This document shows positions 28,732 to 36,770 of a stretch of 44,387 nucleotides of DNA, piece by piece. The position numbers were made by a program, and so were the translations under genes. The notes below the pieces were generated by a model that did not search any database, was not told the origin of the DNA, and saw only the letters and a program-made list of their open reading frames with translations. The stretch comes from a virus (Duplodnaviria; Caudoviricetes): IMG/VR virus record IMGVR_UViG_3300027419_000052, positions 1-44,387 of that record. One strand, written 5' to 3'. Position 1 is the stretch's first letter; every line of letters starts with the position of its first letter.

Positions 28732-30564
28732 TTATTCCTCCAATTCAGTATAGGTCAAGGCCTTGTCAGACCATTCCATGCGAATGGTCCTGGGCTTGAA
28801 TCCTATAAATTTGCTCTTGTATACATATACATTCAAGATATTATCGGGATCCGTGCAGTAGATCTCTTCTCCGCGCTCTTTTCCTATAACCTGCTTTCCG
28901 TCTACATTTCTGTATAAGAAAATGATATTCTTTGATCTCGATGCTATGCCTTGTGCACCCTTGATAACAGAAGTGCTAAACTTTCCATATAGTGCCGTGT
29001 TAGAGGTCTTATTATTCTGCTGAATAGCAAATATGTGAATCTTCTCATATTTTACAAGATCGAGAGCATTGATCATCATTGCTTCCTGCTTCGCATATCC
29101 TCCGTCATCTCCGCTCGATGTTTCTTCTGCAATAAAGCCAAGATCATCGAGAAGAACATATTCCACACCATACCGCTCGACAGTTTCATGCACATGCTCT
29201 GCAAAATTTGAGATCTGCATTTGAGCAGATTTACTGCTTCCCCTAACTTCATTTATATCCTCTCTTCCGTAGACTATCAGACGGCGCAGGATCTTATTTT
29301 TTGCCATGGCGTCTGGAGTGAATTTTATTCCTAAAATATTGCAGTATTGCTCAGCTATATATTCTCTGCTATCTTCAAGGGAATAAATTGCCACGGTCTT
29401 TTTCTCGTTCTTTACGAGTTGGTATATTACATCCCTGGCAAAAGTCGATTTGCCACAATTCGTATCATGAGCGGTTATCAAGGTTATCTCTCCAGGTCTC
29501 CATCCGCCGCCCAGTGCTTTTGTCAGGCCGGAGTATCCGGTCTCAGTCGAGGGTCTTACGACGCACTCAGACTTATTCAATTCCGATAGACGCTTCATAC
29601 CTACCGGTTTGAATTTCTTAGCGTTCTTTAGGCACTCAATAATATCCTCTGAAGTGTACTCTGCAACAAGACAATCTGCAAGATCGTGCTCTGGAAGCTC
29701 CACGTTATAGCATCTCTTAAGACCTAGTTTTCTCGCTAGCTCAAAGCTGGCTCTGAAACCTACATCAGACCCTTTTGATAGCTGATCAGAACTTGATTCC
29801 CTGTCAGCATCGTGAATAATATAGATTCTCTTGAACTTTTCAAAAGCCCGGATCTTATTTCCATACATAAAGAAATTAGTGATAACTTTCGCATTGGCGC
29901 TTTCTATTCCAATAACGCAATCGAATCCGTAGGCTTCCGCGGCAAAAACATCTGGACGGCCCTCCACAACAAGAAGATCCTCTGACTCGAGGTTGAGGGC
30001 GTCTATGTTATAGAATAGCGGAGGAGCCGCCTTTATCTTTTTATTAAGAGTCTCGTAATAATTTTTAGTCTGGCCTTCTTTTGGCCACGGGCGCTTATAC
30101 TGAATAGCTTTTACTTTCTTGCTTTCAATATTTGGAAGAGAGATATGCCCCTTCTTATTGCATCCTACCATCTTATGCTTCAGGCTCTTCAATTCCCATT
30201 TTCTATCCTTGATCATGTAGTCAAGAACATGCTTGTATTCATCCGTATATAGGCGCTCTACATTTTCCTCGGCTATAGAACGGAGACTTTCTACGGAGAA
30301 TTCTTCGATAGGAGATACCCATCCCATCTTTGAATAGCGCAACACAAGTCTGCGCAGATCTCCACTCTGACCGCATTTTACGCATCTTCCAAAGTAGTCT
30401 GTCTTTCCAGCCTTGGAAGTAATTTTTGATTTTGTGATATAGAAATGATTCCTATCGTCTCCACAAAAAGGACATTTGTCTACGCAGTGATCCTCACTGT
30501 TTGACTTCTCTTTGCTTATAGATAGGCCGAACTTGGATACAAGTTCTTCTGATGTTTTGATCAC
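28732..30564 (-). CDS. Primase-helicase (Zn finger + TOPRIM + SF4 helicase; T7 gp4/Twinkle-like)
   Basis: CPFC...CVKC; VVEGRPD and HDAD TOPRIM motifs; GGWRPGEITLI, GKST, YSLE and LLDDL. Confidence 0.9.
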   Translation of the reverse strand: MIKTSEELVSKFGLSISKEKSNSEDHCVDKCPFCGDDRNHFYITKSKITSKAGKTDYFGRCVKCGQSGDLRRLVLRYSKMGWVSPIEEFSVESLRSIAEENVERLYTDEYKHVLDYMIKDRKWELKSLKHKMVGCNKKGHISLPNIESKKVKAIQYKRPWPKEGQTKNYYETLNKKIKAAPPLFYNIDALNLESEDLLVVEGRPDVFAAEAYGFDCVIGIESANAKVITNFFMYGNKIRAFEKFKRIYIIHDADRESSSDQLSKGSDVGFRASFELARKLGLKRCYNVELPEHDLADCLVAEYTSEDIIECLKNAKKFKPVGMKRLSELNKSECVVRPSTETGYSGLTKALGGGWRPGEITLITAHDTNCGKSTFARDVIYQLVKNEKKTVAIYSLEDSREYIAEQYCNILGIKFTPDAMAKNKILRRLIVYGREDINEVRGSSKSAQMQISNFAEHVHETVERYGVEYVLLDDLGFIAEETSSGDDGGYAKQEAMMINALDLVKYEKIHIFAIQQNNKTSNTALYGKFSTSVIKGAQGIASRSKNIIFLYRNVDGKQVIGKERGEEIYCTDPDNILNVYVYKSKFIGFKPRTIRMEWSDKALTYTELEE

Positions 30565-30616
30565 GAATTATCTCCCTGGGGAGGCGTGGTGGGGAGCAGC
30601 CACGCCTCCATAATTC
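30565..30616 (-). promoter_or_regulatory. Hairpin between the SSB and primase-helicase genes enclosing the RBS
   Basis: GGAGGCGTGG/CCACGCCTCC 10-bp stem plus outer GAATTAT/ATAATTC 7-bp stem abutting the GTG start. Confidence 0.6.
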
Positions 30617-30618
30617 TA

Positions 30619-31020
30619 TTATTTCTTGCTCTTCTTTTTCTTCCCGCCAAACGGAACGTCCTTCAGATCTTCAGCGTCTTCGTCCTCATCATCGTCTTCT
30701 TCATCCTCATCTTCTTCGTCATCGTCCCTTTTCTTTTTCTTCTTTGGAGCCTCATCTTCATCATCGTCATCATCGTCGTCTCTACGGCTCTTCTTTTCAA
30801 CTGCACGTTTAGGAACAGCCTGGATCACAAGATACTTATTATCGTCATCTCCGAAACCGTCCATCACTCGTCCACTTAATGTGAACCAGTAGTTCAGGTC
30901 TCCCATATAATAAGTATTTCCGTTCTTATCCTTCAGTTTCTTCAGTTTACAAAATGTCTGCGCTGATGGAAAATCCAGTTCTGTTTCTCTCTTTTGAAAC
31001 TTCTTATTTCCGTATCCCAT
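30619..31020 (-). CDS. Putative single-stranded DNA-binding protein
   Basis: Short beta domain with a long acidic tail containing DVPF; next to the primase-helicase gene. Confidence 0.6.
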   Translation of the reverse strand: MGYGNKKFQKRETELDFPSAQTFCKLKKLKDKNGNTYYMGDLNYWFTLSGRVMDGFGDDDNKYLVIQAVPKRAVEKKSRRDDDDDDDEDEAPKKKKKRDDDEEDEDEEDDDEDEDAEDLKDVPFGGKKKKSKK

Positions 31021-31039
31021 TTATTTCACCTCCCTTATT

Positions 31040-31228
31040 TTAAAATACGTAATCTTCTGGATCTGTAGGTTCTCCGTCACATCCAACACAACCCTCTGCA
31101 TTATTACATTTTGTATAACTACCGCACATCGAGTATGCAGGTTCATCGCAAGAGGACTCATACTCTCTCTTTCCAGCATAATCTGACGGAATTTCATCGA
31201 TAAAATAATCTTCCTCTCCATCAATCAT
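31040..31228 (-). CDS. Small Cys-rich acidic protein
   Basis: AAGGAGG SD; five Cys residues. Confidence 0.55.
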   Translation of the reverse strand: MIDGEEDYFIDEIPSDYAGKREYESSCDEPAYSMCGSYTKCNNAEGCVGCDGEPTDPEDYVF

Positions 31229-31309
31229 TGAATTCCTCCTTTAAAGATAGACATAAGAAGACAATAGCTAAAAATGCGTGCCAGTATCCAAATACTAAAT
31301 AATCCTTTC

Positions 31310-31915
31310 TCATTTCTTACCTCCCTGCTTTAAAATATAAGCCTTGCCGATACATACACTGTCCACAGAATCCTCATCGTCCCACGTTATTATTTTTGCT
31401 TCTTCTTCTGTAAGATGATCCTTGATAGCTAAAGCCATTCTTGCCTTTTCGAGTTTATGTTTTTCTTTCGCAGGCATTCCATTCGGCCATTCTGGTGTAG
31501 GCTTCTTTACAGTAGGATACTTAATACTACCCTGACCTGTGATCATCTTTTTTACTGTCATAGCATGGATCCGGTCGTATGCTGCCCCAAACTGATACAT
31601 TAAAGCTCCTTCAAGAAGATGATGCTGCTCTGCTGCTTGACCTTGCATTAAATTGAATTCTTTTACAACCCTATATGCTGCTCCAGGATTCTTTCCTATC
31701 TGCGCAGCAAACCACAGTATAACGCCTATAATGTCTTGTATCTTTTTATAGAATGGGTAAGCCTTTTCTTCAGCAGTTTTTGCTTCCCTGGTTTTTTGAA
31801 AGCGTATTATTTTTTGTGCAATAAGAGTTTCTTCTCTGAACACAGACACCGCTGTTCCGGATGCTCCGAAACCGGGATCTATGCTTATAATGTAGTTCAT
31901 TTCCATTTTCTCCAT
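31310..31915 (-). CDS. RuvC-like Holliday junction resolvase
   Basis: IISIDPG, VVKE, TVKKMITGQG and DEDSVDSVCIG motifs. Confidence 0.8.
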   Translation of the reverse strand: MEKMEMNYIISIDPGFGASGTAVSVFREETLIAQKIIRFQKTREAKTAEEKAYPFYKKIQDIIGVILWFAAQIGKNPGAAYRVVKEFNLMQGQAAEQHHLLEGALMYQFGAAYDRIHAMTVKKMITGQGSIKYPTVKKPTPEWPNGMPAKEKHKLEKARMALAIKDHLTEEEAKIITWDDEDSVDSVCIGKAYILKQGGKK

Positions 31916-32385
31916 TGCCCGGACTTTATGTATTCTGCTGCTTCTTTCATTGAAAAAACTACTTTTGTTACTTTGAACTCTGCTGGACTTCCCTCAAGAT
32001 CGAAACAATGTCTCCTCTTATTCTTACGAACTACAAGTATGATCGGACGAAGTTTATCATACGCTCCTTTTGTATACGCGTAGTTGAGTCCTTGCACTAT
32101 TCCTATTTCCCGGTTTGTTCCTTTCCCTATCAGGGGTTTGCCCTCGACCACATCCCCGCATCTCCGAATATCAGCTACTATAATATCTGACTGCAGAACT
32201 GCTTTCAGATCCTCGTTCTGCTGATTCTTAAATCCGACCTGGAATCGCTCAGGTACAAGTCCTTCATATCCCATGTGCTTTTCAAATTCAAGGCATGGCG
32301 CTATTGATTCCTCTAAAGAAGCGCATCCTTCCATGAGATGCGCGTTATATACCTTCGGATCAGGAAGGAGTTTTTTCGGTGTCAT
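31897..32385 (-). CDS. Nucleoside 2-deoxyribosyltransferase / nucleotide N-hydrolase-like protein
   Basis: DLKAVLQSDIIVA...GTNREIG...PIILV family signature. Confidence 0.75.
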   Translation of the reverse strand: MTPKKLLPDPKVYNAHLMEGCASLEESIAPCLEFEKHMGYEGLVPERFQVGFKNQQNEDLKAVLQSDIIVADIRRCGDVVEGKPLIGKGTNREIGIVQGLNYAYTKGAYDKLRPIILVVRKNKRRHCFDLEGSPAEFKVTKVVFSMKEAAEYIKSGQWRKWK

Positions 32386-32665
32386 TCTTAACCTCCTCGA
32401 CTTTTATTTTTGAGAGCGATTCATTCACGGCATCAAAGTAATCGCCCATTGCATTTATAAAGGTATTCAATCTCGTAAGCAAAATAGCTTCCTGTTCTGT
32501 TCTTGCTGTTCTATTTCCAGTTTCTATGAGAAATCTGTCTATGCCAAGCAAAATCATCGTCGCCGTTAATCCTTTTGACTTGTCCTTAGTACTGTCTTCC
32601 AGTAGTTTATCAAGTGTCCCTGCCGTGATCGGAAGTCCAAATACAGTTGTGTTTTTATTGCTCAT
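32360..32665 (-). CDS. Hypothetical protein
   Basis: AAGGAG SD; tight gene packing. Confidence 0.7.
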   Translation of the reverse strand: MSNKNTTVFGLPITAGTLDKLLEDSTKDKSKGLTATMILLGIDRFLIETGNRTARTEQEAILLTRLNTFINAMGDYFDAVNESLSKIKVEEVKNDTEKTPS

Positions 32666-32674
32666 AATTTCTCC

Positions 32675-33298
32675 TTAAAATGAATGACTGATTCCAGCAA
32701 CTCCTATCCAGCCAGTTTCTACTCCATATTGAACTCCTCCGGCAATGTTAAAATCATCCCATACACTCGTGGATAGCAATACTGTAAAGGCACCCATAGT
32801 CCGCCCATCTTTTACATCTCTGCCTATCATAATTCCAGTTTCAAGTCTTGGGCTATACGGAAGAGGAAGATGTATAAATCCGTGAGTAAGCCCTATAGAT
32901 TCTTGAGTAGGGGATCTATATATCCCAAGAGCTGTTCTTTTTTCAGCCGCTTTTTCTTTTATAGTAGCCGTTACAGTTATTTCTTCTGATCCGCGTATAA
33001 GGATATCCTTTCCATTTATTTCTTTTATATAGTCCCGGTCTACGGATCCTTTCACTACTACTGCCTGCCCTTTTTTTGTCTGAACAACTTTTGCCGTAAC
33101 ATTCCGTATATTTGAACTATGCTCTACCTTTGAGATAGCGATAGGTTTCGTGCTTTCTTTTGAAAAAATATCCCTTATAGACGGTACAATAAACGCCGAT
33201 ACTCCAAGCCATACTGCAACAAATAGAGCAGTAATAGATAAGAGACTTATTCCTATGCGAGCAGCTTCTTTCTTTGCCTCGTCTTTCATTATTCCCAT
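32675..33298 (-). CDS. Membrane-anchored protein with C-terminal amphipathic beta strands ending in Phe
   Basis: N-terminal TM helix; C-terminus ...NIAGGVQYG...GVAGISHSF. Confidence 0.7.
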   Translation of the reverse strand: MGIMKDEAKKEAARIGISLLSITALFVAVWLGVSAFIVPSIRDIFSKESTKPIAISKVEHSSNIRNVTAKVVQTKKGQAVVVKGSVDRDYIKEINGKDILIRGSEEITVTATIKEKAAEKRTALGIYRSPTQESIGLTHGFIHLPLPYSPRLETGIMIGRDVKDGRTMGAFTVLLSTSVWDDFNIAGGVQYGVETGWIGVAGISHSF

Positions 33299-33299
33299 T

Positions 33300-33986
33300 T
33301 TATTTCCTCCGTATCTTTGATCCTAGCGGCATCGGCTCCCAAAATGGAATCCCGTTAATCACTACTCCTACTCCTATGGTGGGTTTATTTTTCATATAGT
33401 GTCCGTAGCGCATCGAATAAGCGCTACGATCTATTCCGCATCCGACATTCATCCCCCATACTAGAATATTTTCGTTTGCTACATACCCTACTCCTGCGAA
33501 GCTATGAAGATGTCCTATAACGCAGTTCATCATCTCCGTAATAGCTTTCGCTCTATGTCCGCTTGCTCCTGAATATCCTTCTCCGTGATCGAATAGGGTA
33601 TTGTCTATTATAAAATTTTCGCCTATTTCCCACCCAGACGGAATGTGTAGTAAATCCCTAAATGGAACTAGCATTCTCGACGTCAATTTTACTTTTGCAG
33701 CCGCTTTCAAAATTCTTGTATCGTGATTTCCCAGGCACAGTTTTCCTTTTGGAAAATACTTAAATAGAACTGCTAGCTTTTCGAGAGCTTCGTCGAGCTC
33801 CGTATTCGCATCTTTTGCATCAGGTTCCGGCTCGTGATGTGAATCTACTGCGTGAAAGTCAACTATATCCCCGCAGTGTATAACAGTGTCACACTTATAT
33901 TTCTTATAAATAGAGAAGGCGAATTCTTCGTATCCTTTTATAGAAAAGGGATAATGCGTATCTGACATAACTAGGATCCTCGACAT
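33300..33986 (-). CDS. Calcineurin-like metallophosphoesterase
   Basis: SDTH, GDIVD, GNHD, HG and GHLH motifs; GAGGAG SD. Confidence 0.92.
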   Translation of the reverse strand: MSRILVMSDTHYPFSIKGYEEFAFSIYKKYKCDTVIHCGDIVDFHAVDSHHEPEPDAKDANTELDEALEKLAVLFKYFPKGKLCLGNHDTRILKAAAKVKLTSRMLVPFRDLLHIPSGWEIGENFIIDNTLFDHGEGYSGASGHRAKAITEMMNCVIGHLHSFAGVGYVANENILVWGMNVGCGIDRSAYSMRYGHYMKNKPTIGVGVVINGIPFWEPMPLGSKIRRK

Positions 33987-33994
33987 TTACTTCT

Positions 33995-34514
33995 CCTCTC
34001 TATTTTGTGGGGACGGACATGATTTCCCTTGATATTGGTTAATTATCTCAGGTTGTCTATTCGGTAGTGGGCAACCACCCTCTTCAACACCTAGTCCGGC
34101 TTTATTATTGCAAGGAGAAGGAGATGTTACACGCCAGAGCGATACCTTCATCATTTTCTTGCAATAATTTTTCAATGTTCTTTTGAGCGAGCAGGGATAT
34201 CGACTTATGGAGGCCATCCCATAAGGTACCCTTTTCGATTCCATGGCGCGACCACAGTTGTCTAGCCCGCTGCTGGTCTATGGTTACCGAACCACAATTC
34301 CTTGATTATTCAGGGGAATAACTCCTGCGGCTTTTGTTAGACCAGACTCTTTTTTAAAACCACTAATACCTGCGGGGTTAAGTTAGTGGCTTTTATTCTC
34401 GTTCACCTTAAATATGCTCGTACTTCTTAGCTGTTTCACGATCATGTTCAACTATCCCATCGTCTGGCACTACGACTTTAGCAGTATTGCGTAGGGTTCA
34501 GGCATGTTCATTGG
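33995..34514 (-). ncRNA. Candidate large structured ncRNA (~500 nt), family unassigned
   Basis: Largest gap inside the - arm without a credible gene; at least eight stems, including perfect 11-, 8- and 7-bp helices; mismatches read as G-U on the - strand. Confidence 0.65.
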
Positions 34515-34712
34515 CTATGTCCTCTCAATAAAGTGTATTACCTGCTCAAGCATGTCTTTCTGGCCTTGTAAGAATAAAGCGCTTTCGTTCATCGAGTGCG
34601 TACTGAAGTTTTTCAGATACTCGTTAAGATACTCAAGCATATCCTTTTTGAAAGCGGATACATCACTATCGCTAAACAACGTAACAACCTTATCAAGTGG
34701 TATACTTTTCAC
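34515..34712 (-). CDS. Hypothetical protein
   Basis: 65-aa ORF with GTG start, packed against the upstream gene. Confidence 0.55.
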   Translation of the reverse strand: MKSIPLDKVVTLFSDSDVSAFKKDMLEYLNEYLKNFSTHSMNESALFLQGQKDMLEQVIHFIERT

Positions 34713-34717
34713 TTCGT

Positions 34718-35158
34718 CTATGTCCTTTTAATAAATGCTGGAGTATCAAGAATCGGCACCCCTTCCTGTGTCACGTCGTTGGTGGTTATTATGCCTCCAC
34801 AAGTCTGACAATAATTGCCATGGTTTCGTCCTAAATATCCTTTACATGAAGAACACCCTATATATTTATGATTACTTCCTGTTGGACCTTCCCAAAGTAC
34901 AACCGCTGTTACCGTTCGTTTCTTCCTATCTTCCACTATCTCATTAGCAAGTACCTTGCGCCACTTAGCATCGTTTATCTCTCTAAGCTCTGTGTCACGG
35001 GCGAGGATGAAGTCGGCAAGCACACGATCAAAGTCTTTTATGTTTTCACTTAAATCCTCATACCTATCTTTATGACGTACATCACCTTGACGCTTTGCCT
35101 CTTTGATATAAATGTCATGTAGAATACTTGCCAACGCTTCCCGTTCCTTCTCTGTCAT
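34718..35158 (-). CDS. Protein with RyR-repeat-like N-terminus and C-terminal Zn ribbon
   Basis: LASILHD...YEDLSENIKDFDR; CSSC...CQTCG; AGGAGG SD. Confidence 0.6.
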   Translation of the reverse strand: MTEKEREALASILHDIYIKEAKRQGDVRHKDRYEDLSENIKDFDRVLADFILARDTELREINDAKWRKVLANEIVEDRKKRTVTAVVLWEGPTGSNHKYIGCSSCKGYLGRNHGNYCQTCGGIITTNDVTQEGVPILDTPAFIKRT

Positions 35159-35170
35159 GATGCCCTCCTG

Positions 35171-35389
35171 TTAGGTTTGTGCTGCATATATTTCTTCATC
35201 AAGCTCATCTCGTGGTGTCATTCCCTTACAGTCTCTTAGCCAGTCTTCATTTGACATACTGTCTGATAGTTTTCCAAAGTACTTGTCAGAAATAATATCA
35301 AGAGCCTTTTTCCACTGTTCTATGTTTTTTTCATCCAAAGGGTCATCAAACAAAGCATCAGACAGCGTTGTGTTTTCCATATCTATCAT
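35171..35389 (-). CDS. Hypothetical protein
   Basis: Part of ORF 35171-35458; likely start at the ATG coupled to the upstream stop, after GGAGGT. Confidence 0.55.
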   Translation of the reverse strand: MIDMENTTLSDALFDDPLDEKNIEQWKKALDIISDKYFGKLSDSMSNEDWLRDCKGMTPRDELDEEIYAAQT

Positions 35390-35589
35390 CACTCTACCTC
35401 CGTGGCTTTGATTGACTGTTCTAATCGAACAGTGAACGCATTTGCCGTACTTGGACAATATGTGTCGTGTAAATCCTTAGCATATTTTAAAGTTTCAGCG
35501 ATGATGCGCTTAACATCATTCGGTACGTTATCTTCTGAATGTAGTTGTTCGTCTATCATCCGTTCCACGAACTGTTCGGCCCTGGTCAC
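35389..35589 (-). CDS. Hypothetical protein
   Basis: GGAGGT SD; GTGA overlap with the upstream gene. Confidence 0.6.
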   Translation of the reverse strand: MTRAEQFVERMIDEQLHSEDNVPNDVKRIIAETLKYAKDLHDTYCPSTANAFTVRLEQSIKATEVE

Positions 35590-35915
35590 TTGTTTACCTC
35601 CACTCTCTGTTTTGTGATCGCATCATTCGTGAATGAGTCTTCCATTCCCTGCGGATATTTGACTTGAATGTGAATAATTCTTCCGTCGCAAAAATAGGAT
35701 CTTATTTCCCAGTTATTTGCCCCTATAAAGAATTGTTCACAGTCATATGTCCTTGTTCCTATTTTAAGAATAGCCTCAGACTTCCGACCATATTCCAAAC
35801 CAAAGAGCCCGGTTGCGCTTGCCTGTGCAGGGCATAGCGCTGAGGCCACTAATAATAAGATAAATACAACTGCACTGAATTTATCCCTTAAAAGCATTGC
35901 AACTCCCGGGCGCAT
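35586..35915 (-). CDS. Exported protein with signal peptide
   Basis: Hydrophobic AVVFILLLVASAL followed by AQA; start placed at the ATG after GAGG. Confidence 0.6.
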   Translation of the reverse strand: MRPGVAMLLRDKFSAVVFILLLVASALCPAQASATGLFGLEYGRKSEAILKIGTRTYDCEQFFIGANNWEIRSYFCDGRIIHIQVKYPQGMEDSFTNDAITKQRVEVNK

Positions 35916-35917
35916 AA

Positions 35918-36583
35918 TTATTCCTCTACCTGAATGAACCACTTCATTTTATCAAGATTGACTGTCTCCGGCGATCTCTTCATGTCAACAAGAATGTGCC
36001 CAACAGTCTCGCCTGATTTCTTCTTAAGCTCCACTACCTTGTTGTAATAAGGAGTGTCATAGCAGTCTCCTGATTTTAGGATCTGTTCTGTCTCATAAGA
36101 TGGATTGACTCTTCGCTTATACTCGTCTTTGATGTCCTCAAAGACTCCTTTCATTCCGGATGTATAGGCTTCCTTAGAGGCAATTATGAGGGCTTCTACT
36201 GTCTTTGCATATACCCAATAACGCAATTCTTCTTTCCACTTTCCCAATTTTACGGCTGCTTGTGGAACTTCCTGAATGAGCCGAGTAATAGCGTAGTTTG
36301 CTTCTCCTAGAAAAGCACCGTCATAGTTATACTTTTTTGCTACGTCAAATACTGCCTTTGCTAAAGGTCCTGCATAATCGGCCTTTCTTTCTTTAGACAG
36401 TCTTCCTAAGTCGAAGTCAAAGCCAGCAAAAAATGCAGCATAAACCTCGTCTAAATTTGCTCCTTCGAGACATTCTGCTAGTTCAAAAGCTACTTTGTGA
36501 ACTTCCTCGTCAATAATTACACGATCGTCCTCGTTATATTTATTCATGTGTCCTGGCGTTTTCTTACTTGGTACGTATGGCAT
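35918..36583 (-). CDS. DUF6899-like helical protein
   Basis: MPY start after AAGGAG; GEANYAITRL, GVFEDIKDEYKRRV and YE...ILKSGD pattern. Confidence 0.6.
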   Translation of the reverse strand: MPYVPSKKTPGHMNKYNEDDRVIIDEEVHKVAFELAECLEGANLDEVYAAFFAGFDFDLGRLSKERKADYAGPLAKAVFDVAKKYNYDGAFLGEANYAITRLIQEVPQAAVKLGKWKEELRYWVYAKTVEALIIASKEAYTSGMKGVFEDIKDEYKRRVNPSYETEQILKSGDCYDTPYYNKVVELKKKSGETVGHILVDMKRSPETVNLDKMKWFIQVEE

Positions 36584-36596
36584 TTTCTTTCTCCTT

Positions 36597-36770
36597 TTAT
36601 ACGTGATAGATTCCACATAGGATATAGAATCCTATGTAAAGTCCTGTTAATGAGGCATTGATAACAGTATTTCCTATCTCTCCGTGTGCGATAGAAATTC
36701 CCGTTAATGCCGCAAATAGTCCGACTATGAGTAGCTGGCAAACTTGCTCAACGAATCTTAAAGAAACCAT
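36597..36770 (-). CDS. Small two-TM membrane protein (57 aa, MVSLRFVEQ...)
   Basis: Translated by hand; AAGGGG SD; two hydrophobic segments. Confidence 0.55.
   Translation of the reverse strand: MVSLRFVEQVCQLLIVGLFAALTGISIAHGEIGNTVINASLTGLYIGFYILCGIYHV

Noticed and set aside
30586-30892. Poly-Ser and hydrophobic ORFs on the + strand
   Set aside because: Antisense shadows of the Asp/Glu/Lys-rich SSB tail
33987-34244. 85-aa ORF on the - strand
   Set aside because: No SD upstream, no recognisable motif, and it overlaps the most strongly paired stems; more likely incidental within a structured RNA, though not formally excluded
34234-34254. tRNA/tmRNA-like TTCGATTCC...ACCA on the + strand
   Set aside because: No complementary T-stem 5' of the loop, no acceptor or D arm, and it is antisense to the operon
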